From the NCBI GenBank assembly GCA_051294905.1, contig CM119378.1, forward strand, positions 4,094,001 to 4,158,000: DNA of 64,000 bases, written 5' to 3'. The stretch comes from Botryllus schlosseri (lineage: Eukaryota). Below the pieces are notes generated by a model that was not told the DNA's origin, made no database searches, and worked only from the letters and a program-made list of their open reading frames with translations. This document shows, one piece after another, positions 27,403 through 38,400 of this stretch (position 1 is its first letter; every line of letters begins with the position of its first letter). The position numbers were made by a program, and so were the translations under genes.

Positions 27403-27405
27403 AGT

Positions 27406-27477
27406 GGGGACGTAGCTCAGTGGTAGAGCGCACGCTTCGCATGTGTGAGGTCCCGGGTTCAATCCCCGGCGTCTCCA
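27406..27477 (+). tRNA. tRNA-Ala (CGC)
   Basis: Perfect copy. Confidence 0.94.
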
Positions 27478-27658
27478 TTAATCTTTTGAGATTGTCTTGA
27501 TCGCTGTGCCATGAGTCGAGAAGTTATTCATATTTAAATTGCATCGCAATAACTTCAACTTTACACCGTATTGTAACCACGGCGCGTCGCAGTAATTCAT
27601 ATTACCCGATTTCCTGCAGTGCATTGTCCTCAGCGCGTGTGCAGGATGCGATTCACGC

Positions 27659-28720
27659 TAGCGTTGGGACCCCGGGAAATCCCGATCCCGGGATTAATCG
27701 CAATGAAATCTCGGGATTTGTGAACAGCATCTACCAAGGCGTAGCGTCATGTGTCTTATTTTGGTAATAAAGCAGTGTTACAAACTCGGCTGATTGTCTA
27801 AAACAATTCACAATTATATGATAATAAAACCAACTATGGCATAAAATGAACTGCACCATCATTTCCGTCGTAGTCTACGGATCGTTGCAGTGGCTCATTC
27901 TGCATACGACGCCAAAGTTGACTAAAAAATGGTCAACTTAACGGCGAAAACCGGTTTTTGGAGCACCTACTCGATCAAAGTAGTTAGGTGAATGATTTTC
28001 CCGTTTATATGTCCTCTTCTTCGGATCCGTAAATATGGGGCGATAGGGGATGGGGGCGGAAATGTGTGTCGAGGTTGATAAGGGGGCGATGAGACGAAAA
28101 AGGTTGGGAACCACTGGTGTAGCACAAAGGGACTGGTAACGCATTTAAGGTCCGTACACATGATAGTAATTAAATCAACACGCACGACTCAATCGGGCAA
28201 GTCAAAAAAATATCATTCCTTTATAAATCGCAAAATCCTCGGTTCAATGAACTTCCTAGCCAGGTAACTGCTGTGGACGGGCTAGCATTTAAACAAATTG
28301 CTCCAAAGTGAGCAAATTCGTCGGGCCTTCAAGGCTGACGGCTATAACTTGCCAAGATGTCACAAACGGGTTCGGGACTTCGTGATCGAGCACAAAAAAA
28401 AATCCGAAAGTGTGTAGAAGAAGAGATTACGGCAATGTAACGGAATGATGGACGTTTTTCGATCACGTTGGACAAATCAACTCCTGCACGAAGCAGGCGG
28501 TACATGAATTTAAACGCTCATTATCCGGGTGGCTTTCGATCGCTGCGTTTCATTCGTATTCACGGGAGCATGTTTTTGCGTCAATATTACAAGGAACAAA
28601 TGTTGTCTGTGTAGCTTGTATGTGCATTTTGCTACTTTGCCAATCCCGGGATTGAGGAGCGAAAATCCCGGGAAATCCCGATCCCGGCATTTGAAATTTG
28701 ATCCCGAAGTCCCAACCCTA
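27659..28720 (+). mobile_element. Deleted hAT transposon carrying a transposase remnant, TSD ATTCACGC
   Basis: TIRs tagcgttgggac / gtcccaacccta with ATCCCG subterminal repeats. Broken frames at ~28270-28530 read AVDGLAFKQIA...RAFKADGYNLP...RFSITLDKSTPARSRRYMNLNAHY, resembling the first catalytic-Asp block of hAT transposases. Confidence 0.82.
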
Positions 28721-29061
28721 ATTCACGCCCTCGTCATTTAGGCTATGGTACAGTTCACTTCTGATACCTGATGCATTCGGTTGTTTTGTGGGATATAATG
28801 TCAAATGGATAGAATATAGATTTTTGGACTGCAGGTCTGGAAAAGTTCTTGCACAATGATTACATCCCAGGATGATTCCGGGGATCGTTGGCGCTGTATC
28901 ACTATAAACGTTTTGTGCAACAGGTCATTCAGATTGCGGTCACATGTAGGCTAACTTTTTTGAGTTGAGAGTGCTTTTTTACAATACCAGAGATACAGTC
29001 AATAAAGTATAAAGGCATAATAAACAGATGTCCGAATTTTCAAATCAACTCCCATATTAAT

Positions 29062-32000
29062 AGGCCTTTTGCAGGACTTCGATCACGTGACTCGGTCGCA
29101 TAGCAACCACAAATTGGTTAGCAAGCTACTTTCTCGCGCACCTGCTTCAGTGCTAAATATCGCATATTGTACTGTTGATTTCTGGTTGTAAACGCTTCGG
29201 AAATTTGTTGTAGAAGTCATCAGAGATTCACCTATGCTAGATGTCAATCATGTACAAAGCATTTAGAATGATATCGTCAGAATTACGCAGAAATCCATCG
29301 GTAACGTAGTCGTATTACGGTACTCAACTCTGATCATATGTACTTAAATTTATGCATTTGAAGTAAAGCGATTGGTTTATATTCTGGTAAGAGTATTTGT
29401 TAGTTCAAGCAGTACTATTTGTCTGTTGTGGAGCCTGATTTGGGATGAAAGATATGACTAAAGCAGCCGGGTACCGCAAGGATCAGGATATACTGTCTTC
29501 TGGTTTGGGTGCTGGCGTGCTGCTATAAAACAAATGTCGCTGAACACATCGGGAGTATCTTTTGGGAGAACCTGCCATCAAGACTAAGCAAAGCAGTGCA
29601 CTTTATTGTTGCCTTATACAATGCCGATCTTATTAGCACTACTTCACAACTGCGATTGAAGTGGATTTGGCAAATCACACGCGATTTTGATAAATAGTTG
29701 ATGTCACATATGTGCGCTATTTTGCGAACTTAGGGAAGTAACTATCAAATAACTCTTAGAGCAGCTCAAACGCAGTGACAAGATCGGTCATCCTATACCC
29801 AGAGGTGGTCAACGTGATCATTGTTGGGAACCGAGTGCAAGAAATGCCTCAATTTATACTCCAGTACAAGTAGCACTTTACTTCCAGGACATGTCCAAAG
29901 TACTTCAAGTGGAAGTAGAAATGAATTTCTGAAAAGTAGTCAAGAAATTCGTTACATGAAGTAGATTTGGTTGAGGGTCCCTTAGTTTTAGAAATTAATG
30001 CCACGTGACAGCTGTAAACATTTCATGTTGCATCTTCTTGATCAACGCAAAAGGGTTGGTTGGTTGGTTTGTGGTATTCATGGTGTTTGTCGACTACTAT
30101 GGTCATTTACACCAGGCCGATATTCTTTTTATTTTCCGTAACTGCCGACTTATAGCACGGCCCACCTCTAGGCTTTTGTAAGACACCGCTGACGCGGATG
30201 ATGTGGCGAGGAGGAGCCTAGGTAAACCTCCAACACTTAGGTATCGGAATTCGGAAGTCGACCTCGGTCGGACTCGAACCCGCACCCATTGGTGTTGCAG
30301 CCGCGGATTATACCACTGCGCTCTCTCGCCACTAACGCAAAAGGGTGATGACGCCACAAATATGTGCAATTTTCAAAAATTAATTTAGTTACCGTGGTAC
30401 TGGGGCTATTTTGCCCAGTTGTTATGACAACCTCACGCTTGAAGGGGATACAATCATGCGCCAAAGCTACTTTCTAGTTGACAAAATCCCCAACCTGACA
30501 AAAAAGTACTACCTAAAAAGTGTCAAGTAGAAGTGGAAGTAGCCTAAACTCATAATGACGCTAGTACTCAGGTAAAATAGTACTTCGTTGCTGACCCCCT
30601 CTGTGTATTGGTTCAACCAACTCAGAAACATCCTCTAAAGACGACGAACATTGTTTCTTTTGCATTGACTCCGTAATATTCTGAACTTATGATATTCTTT
30701 GATTCATTGAATTTACAAATAAACTTGCAAAGAAGTGCAATTTATTAATTTTTGTGCATTCGATACCCAGAGCATAAGAAATAGTTGAAGAAAAATGCAT
30801 GTTAACCTTATCAAGTTCAATAACTGCCGAGACTCTTATGCCTATGTATTTTCATCTACCTCCATAGCCACTTGTCTAGACAGATTCATAGCATCTACGG
30901 AAGAGCGCTTGTCTTGCTATACACAAATGAAATATCATTTTCGAAGCAGACATCAACATCGGGAAAGAAGTTCACGACAGTTAGTCGGTGGCCAGATCAT
31001 CTGCTGACATTTTCTGTTGGCATGAAACCACGCTGCCTTCTACTGCATGACCGAATTTTATGTGTTGATAATAATTGGCTACAGGCTGAATTCTTGACGA
31101 AGGCATCATCAATTTCTTAGTGGCCTATGTTCGGCTTTCTTGGGATAATCCATCAGATCATTAATTCGTATACATGTGGTATAGCCATGCCTTGAAACTC
31201 AAGATATTTGCACTGTGCCAAAGAGTGAAGTAATCCAATCCAGGCAATCAATCAAGTAATCCAGGCCTCGGGACAGTTTGTTGCACCCTCAATTGGAGCT
31301 GATGATCATTTTTCTTCGGGTAGTGGCACTTGGCAGCATGACAGAATGATCAATAACTTGTAATATAGGTGTAGAGGTCTAAATATTTTGAATTGTTCAA
31401 CTGAGAAGCCATACAATAGCATAGGATGTTTAACATATATATAGTATGTAGTACATGGCATGAATTCCTAACACATCAACGTACTGGCACTGGCAGTCAT
31501 TGTCTCTAGGCTTAAAAATATCAGTATCCTATATATATTGCAATCGATATCAATCATCAAAATGCTGCAATGATTACCAACTACCACTACAATACAACTA
31601 TAGTATAGTATACTTACTATCCACACCTAACTTGATGCTGCAATAAATATCACGCAGTCAATGTCCTGCAATGTCGAATTTTGTGTCATAAAATCATAGT
31701 TGACTACCAAATAACGGCTACAATGTCGATCATTTTGACGCAAGGAGTTTACATAGTTCATGAATCGAAGACATCAAACATATTTGAATCCTTGCGCATT
31801 TCCCTGACACTTGCGTTTTATATAAAACGTTTACAGCCCGAAAACGATAATATACTGTATCCGAAATACGGCTACGTTAACGACGGATTTCTGCGTAATT
31901 CTGACGATATCATTCTATATGCTTTGTACAGGATTGGCATCTAGCATAGGTGAATCTCTGATGACTTCTACAACAAATTTCCGAAACGTTTACAACCAGA

Positions 32001-32119
32001 AATCAACAGTACAATATGCGATATTTAGCACTGAAGCAGGTGCGCGAGAAAGTAGCTTGCTAACCAATTTGTGGTTGCTATGCGACCTAGTCACGTGATC
32101 GAAGTCCTGCAAAAGGCCT
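29062..32119. mobile_element. ~3.06-kb DNA transposon with ~260-bp terminal inverted repeats and AT flanks (PIF/Harbinger-ISL2EU-like, tentative)
   Basis: 29062-~29322 is the near-perfect reverse complement of ~31857-32119; flanks aAT|aggcc ... ggcct|ATt. No intact ORF inside. Confidence 0.75.
30057..30333 (-). mobile_element. tRNA-derived SINE with a 13-bp TSD (AACGCAAAAGGGT) and (CCAA)n tail
   Basis: Minus strand begins agtggcgagagagcgcagtgg (A box) ... ggttcgagtcc (B box) and ends aaccaaccaacc. TSD at 30044-30056 and 30334-30346. Degenerate relatives at ~17540-17640 and ~34040-34220. Confidence 0.85.
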
Positions 32120-32449
32120 ATTTCAAGTTATCGTCGTATTCGCAAGTTTGTGATGTACGATAGAAATAAAATCGATGATTGGTTATTTTGAGAGCTTATC
32201 GTTACTTGCAATGCGGCTTCCGATACTCTCTCTCACACAGGTACAGGGACAACATCAGTGGGTTGACTTTATGAGATAATCAACTCTCGGCCGTAAGCTT
32301 ACAGGATTTGTCGTTATTACTTCCCAACTCAGATCGCGTATACTAAAAAACACAAAGAAAAGGTGACGATATGTATTGATTGTCATAATGGTATATAGCG
32401 ACACAGGCATATTGTGCGGATTGCTTGTAAAAGCTTAAATAAAGCGTTC

Positions 32450-35400
32450 TTAAATTGGCGGACCATCGACTGACGGGCCGGAACTTCCAGGCGCGGATAC
32501 GGGTGAAGATCCTGGATCCGAGGGAGGTCCGTCATAATTTGGATTCATAGGGGCTGGCGCCGCTTCCAAATAAGCATATTCAAATTCGAACGTAGGAGCT
32601 TCGGCCATTTCAGAGTAGGATATTTCGCCGTCTCCTGAAGCCGAAGCACTTTCTCCCACCGCTGCTTGTACACAAAACCCTGTAACACACAAATATGAAG
32701 CAATCATACGCAATGAACATTACAGACTTCTAGTTCAAATCATAGTGTCCTATATGGTGTCGACACAAGCAAATGTCACGGCTCAGTGAAATTGTATCAC
32801 GTCACAATTTCCATTTGGCTACAGGCAATTTGACGGTCATTTTAGACCGGCTTGCCGAGCATTAAATTTGGTAAAACGGGTATCAATCGAAAGCTGACTC
32901 TGCACTGATGACGAAAATATAAATTTTATTCCGCTTGCGGCCCTGGAACCCCCACAACCAGCCTCGAATTTTTCATTGTTATGGAGGTTGGCATTGGGAC
33001 GCAACAATGCTTTTTGGACCTTTTTCTCTTGAGCTACACTCTCGTTTCGCCAGACAGCATTATTGCGTCATGAGCTTCTCTCTCGTTTCGCCAGACAGCA
33101 TTGTTGCGTCCCAATGCCAATCTCCATAACAATGAAAAATTCGAGGCTGATTGTGGGGGTTCCAGGGCCACGAGCGGAATAAAATTTATATTTTCGTAAA
33201 CAGTGCAGAGTCAGCTTTCGATTGATACCCGTTTTACCAAATTTAATGCTCGGCAAGCCGGTCAAAATTGACCGTCTAATTGCCTGTAGCCAAATGGAAA
33301 TTGTGACGTGATACAATTTCACTGAGCCGTGACATTTGCTTGTGTCGACATCATATAGGACACTATGTTCAAATCTACCATTGGTTCTCTAGACCAGTGC
33401 TCTTCAACCGGGGTTGTCGTACACCCTAGGGTGTACCAGAATTTTCAAAGGGTGTTACCACTAGGATGGGGTGTACAGGGGTATACCAGATCCACATTAT
33501 GATGAACCGATGATACGATGACTATAGCTATCACAAAAATACGCCAGTTTATGCTTCAAAACAGAATGACTGGATGTGTAATATCGTACAATGTGATGTC
33601 ATAAGCAAATGTTTCTAATCATTCAACCATAGTGTCCTATAGGACACTATGATTCAACCTTTGGTAATGGACTTATTACTTCCTTTTCGAGTAGAGCAGG
33701 GTGGAGTTAGCATGTGTTCAGCTTGCGATATCTGTCTGATGATTCTCGAGGAAACCACCGCTAAATCTCGGACATTTTGAATTTGTGCTTCCTGCTGCCA
33801 GCTTATGAATAGTGCAGAATACATAGCCTACTTACGCAGCCACGGGGTCGAGTTTGCGAACCACTGCGTTAGATGGTGGTCCAGTAACCTCGAGCCCTTA
33901 TTCGTATTATCATTTACTATACGTTGCAGCCTTGCTCAAATGTCCATCCTTATTTCGGCTACGTCCGGGGTGCTCAACCTGCGGACGTACGGCCTCATTC
34001 AGCCGCATAACCATAATTTTGCGATCTTCTACACATATTTAAATTAGCGTGTGTTTGCGGCCGTCATTATGTAACCAATTGTTGCTGGTTCTAGTCTCGG
34101 CTCTGACATGTTTCTATGTGTCGGAGGTTTATCTAGGCTCCTCGTCGCCGACCCCCTGTTAACGTAGCGTCTTTAAAAGCCCAGAAGAAGAGTTAACCGA
34201 GCTTCAAAGTCAGCAGCAAAGTCCTGAAAGTGGACGCACGTTAGCGAGAGAGAATGGAGAATGGGAGTGCGCGTGCAAGCAAAAGTCGTCCTCATTACCC
34301 AAAGCAAAAATACTAAACTTTAGGAAATGCACTGTCGTGGCGCACAAATTCTAAACAGGCGATTATCACCACTGTCATTGATGTGTAATAAAATATTATT
34401 AATAACAATACAAACAATCCTGGTGGAATGCCAAGAAATAACAACATGCAACTAAGTGATTAATAGGAACCGCAAGATGCATCATCATTAATATTGTACC
34501 CAATATTTTCGAAAACACCCTCCATCAGCTCTACGGGTTAATCTGATCACGTGAGATGAGAATTTATAAATTTTTGACAATAATATGTGAAACTACCAAC
34601 ATTTTCGATGACATCCATTCAAGAGGCAAAATTTTCGCGCTCTGCGCGACTACACACATAATTCTAGTGTCTTTTTTTGACATTTATAGCCTACTCACGA
34701 TTTTGGTACATAAATTATATATTGTAAGCCTGCTGGGATGTTTTGCTTCTACAGTAAAAAAATTTGCACATTGCATATCTCAAGAAATAAGTGCAGGCAC
34801 AGAACACCACAAGGGCTCTCCGTGGTGTTAAGTTCCCAGTATCAAATTTCATATGAGCATTTGTCGTCCATGCGCCATGGCGAATCCCCGTTGGAATCCG
34901 GACGTATTGTATATGTAATCAAAATACGGCTTTCGGCGTTATCGGTGTATTATACGGTCAGGGGTGTACGAGTTGTGAGAAAATGTTAAAAGGGTGTACC
35001 ACAACGAAAAAGGTTGAAGAGCACTGCTCTAGACGATAAGTCCAAGTTTCGACTAGAACAGAGGTCTCAAACTCAAATGTGCTCGCGGGTTATTTTCTAG
35101 TTTCTAATGACGCCGCGGGCCGCAGCATCAATAATAAGGATATTCAATGTATAATTTGCAAGTAGGCCTTATTTGACGGGACCCTGCAGACAGGCATTCC
35201 ACGAACATCGTGGAAATGTCATTGCCGATTGCATTATTCACGCTTGACACGGAAAAAATCACAGTTTCAAATATTTGAATAAAATTGTTTTTGTGCCGGG
35301 CATAATTTTCTTAATTAATGAGTTATAGACATCATACGAGAGTTTGCATCGTGACATCGTAAAACTGTCGGGTTATAATATTGCAGGTAGTGGATCGCAG

Positions 35401-38400
35401 GTAGTGAACGTGTTACAATTTTATGTAGAATATTTTGAAATATACTGAAGATTAATCTGATATCGGAGCATATGAGCGGGGTAGCCTAATCCTGGTTTTG
35501 ATAAAGTCGTTATAAGTATAAGCTATTGTTATTGTCATTGCCAACGTCAAATTAAATCAGCGTTAGATTTTGCCGTCGATTATTATCGGAACATATCAAT
35601 AACAACTTAAAAAGAATCATTATTGAGCCATAGTAATAGCATTGCTTCTTAATCTTTTTGGCGATCGTACCCCTTGTGCCTCCAATGAAATTTCTCGTAG
35701 TCCCTGTCTATTTTCAACACAATTTCTGATTGTACCTATATTAAAATCTGAAAGCCCATTCGAATAAAACCGAGCGTAGAGCGAAGACTCTTTTCCAGTT
35801 GAATTAAATTGGCCAAGAACATATTCCACTGCATATAGGCCTAATTCCACAATTCATCTCGCACACCCTGATGTGGTGCTTCGTACCCTGATAGGGTCTA
35901 CGGACCCTGGTTAAGAACTCCTGAAATAGAAATGTCCAATCGGAGAATAATTCGTTGGTGTTACAGCTGTAGAGCGTAATGCTCTCGCCGCCGATGATAA
36001 CATCGATAAAGAGAACAAGCAACATCCAAGATGTAACCAACTATTAGTCACGGGGGTCATAGAATGCCAATGGTTGCCCTACTGACCTGATTAGATAGCT
36101 ATATACCAGTGTTGGGATGACTCGAGTCATGACTTGACTCGAGTCAGACTCGAGTCACCTTTTTCGTATGACTTGACTTGACTCGAGTCACTTTGCTAAA
36201 ATGACTTGACTTGACTTGACTCGGCGCATCGGAAATGTGGATTGACTCGTGACTCGGCGCAAAATTCACGAGTCAATTTCAAGTCATCAAGTAATCGGTT
36301 TCGATAAAAATCACTGTACCTTGCATATGTTCGGATTGTTCGCAAAACGCTGAGGTAACCCGTGAGAGCGACCAATCATTCAATGGTCGTGCTTTCTACT
36401 GAGCCTCCATTGTTCTCTCACTAATAAATTGACCGCAAACGAAGTGATCGAAGCTTGCAGCTTACGTTGTCGTAAACTAGTATAGTAAAGTAATTAAATA
36501 GCAACATGTCCATTCATGTTCTCTGTTCTCTGTTCTTACCTCAACCAAACCTCTTGTGGTATTGAAATTGGTTCTATACCAATACCGAGAAAACCATTAC
36601 CGAGAATGGACATTACCGAGAATGCCATTACCGAGAATGGACATTACCGAGAATGGACATTACCGAGAATGGTCATTACCGAGAATAGACACCACCGAGA
36701 ATGGACATTACCGAGAATGGCCAATGTCAAGAATATAGCTTATACTGGGACTGACGTTGTCGAGAAATTTATACCTGAGCATCGATACCGAATGTGACAA
36801 CGCCGTGATGCACTCACACGACCTGTGCATATGCATAACATGCCTGCATTTCATATATTGCATTCTCGGTAATGTCCATTCTCGGTGGTGTCCATTCTCG
36901 GCAATGTCCATTCTCTGTGGTGTCCATTCTCGGTGGTGTCCATTCTCGGTAATGGCATTCTCGGTAAAGGTTTTCTCGGTATTGACCGGACACCATTGAA
37001 ATTGAATTCGAATAGTTTATATAGTCCTGAACCATTGGTGCAAGCAGGAATTGTATCACATCATTTTGTAAATGGGTAATGTATTGCATCTTATCAATTC
37101 GTTTTTTAATTCTCTATTTTGACCGGTAACAATAAACTGAGGCTATGCAATTACGTACGTAGTTAAGCAGTTCTACGTATATGTGACCGATACAGCGCCT
37201 TCTTGCGTTTATATTTAACTCTATATTCGTTCATCGGTTCAGAATCAATGACCACTCAATCTGTATGTCAGAAAGCTAGCAAGATGCAATGACGTAATCA
37301 TGCCTCATACTTCGACAAGACAACTTGACTTGAATTGTGACTTGACTCGTGACTTGACTTGACTTGACTCGACTTGACTCGAGTCACCTCCAAAAATCGA
37401 GTGACTTGACTTGACTCGCGTCACCTTCGAAAATCGATTGACTTGACTTGACTCGAGTCAAAATGTGCAATGACTCGAAATGACTCGTGACTCGAAGGTA
37501 GTGACTTGATCCCAACACTGCTATATACTCTATGCAACGCAAGCTACGACCTTTTGATATATTACTATTCCCATTACAGTTTCATAGATTGTTGCGTCCG
37601 TAGGATTAACAAGTCACCGTTCCAAGTCGCAAGTCCTTCTCTGATTTTATCGTTTGACCCGACTCGGCTCGAGTCATTTTTATTTAATTACCCAGTCAAT
37701 CCGAAATAGAGTAAAAGAGTTAATAATAAATCACAATTTTCAGTCACGAATCATCAACTGGTCATGTTTTATCGTCATGAACTAGAAATGTGACGTAATA
37801 GCTGATCTTCAACCAGTGATGAGCGGATAGTGCTTTTCGAGACTCCGAATCCCTTCGACAACTTTAGTGTCTGAGGAAAACTGCCTCCGACTCCGAAGTG
37901 CTCAATCCCAGACTCTGAGATACTCCGATGAATCTCGTCAAGTATCCGAAACAGTGGCAAGCATGGTAGATGGTACACATGGTGTATGTGATAATATGGT
38001 TGGCCCCGTAGTTGTTACTCTCCGGTCCCCAATTGCAGTGCAGATTGCTGATTTTTATGCACTTGGCAATCATTTTTGCATGTTACCCGTCATATTACAA
38101 CTTTAAAAGGTGTCAACTGTCTGTGTTTTGGTTTGTAATCATAATCAATAGTGTATTCTGGTCAGAGCTATCCAAAGATATCGGATACAAAAGTTACAAT
38201 ACTCCGAAATTCTCCGAAAAAATATCTGTAGTGAACTCCGACTCCGCTCCGACTGTCACAAAATCCACTCCGACTCCGCTCCGATGCTCATCACTGTCTT
38301 CAACCACATGGTAGCTTTTAAAGGTGATGTGATAGTGAAGTTTATTGAGATGTCAGTTATTTTCATAGTAGTTTTAGGGTGGAATGTAAGTTCTTATATC

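Noticed and set aside
33836..34028. Exon-like minus-strand segment with a good acceptor and donor (EDRKIMVMRLNEAV...) inside paralog A's last intron
   Set aside because: Lies within the TSD-flanked 33395-35026 element, has stops in all frames, and has no counterpart in paralog B.
35620..36040. Coding-looking minus-strand ORFs inside the 35059-38507 element (possible captured gene fragment)
   Set aside because: No recognisable motif and the frames are broken; cannot be supported without a database search.
36516..37089. Repetitive ORFs (ENGHYREWTLPRM...) and a CRISPR-like look of the 20-bp repeats
   Set aside because: Head-to-tail repeats without spacers, mirrored in inverted orientation and bounded by a 9-bp TSD: a foldback MITE. 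Eukaryotic context and no cas genes.
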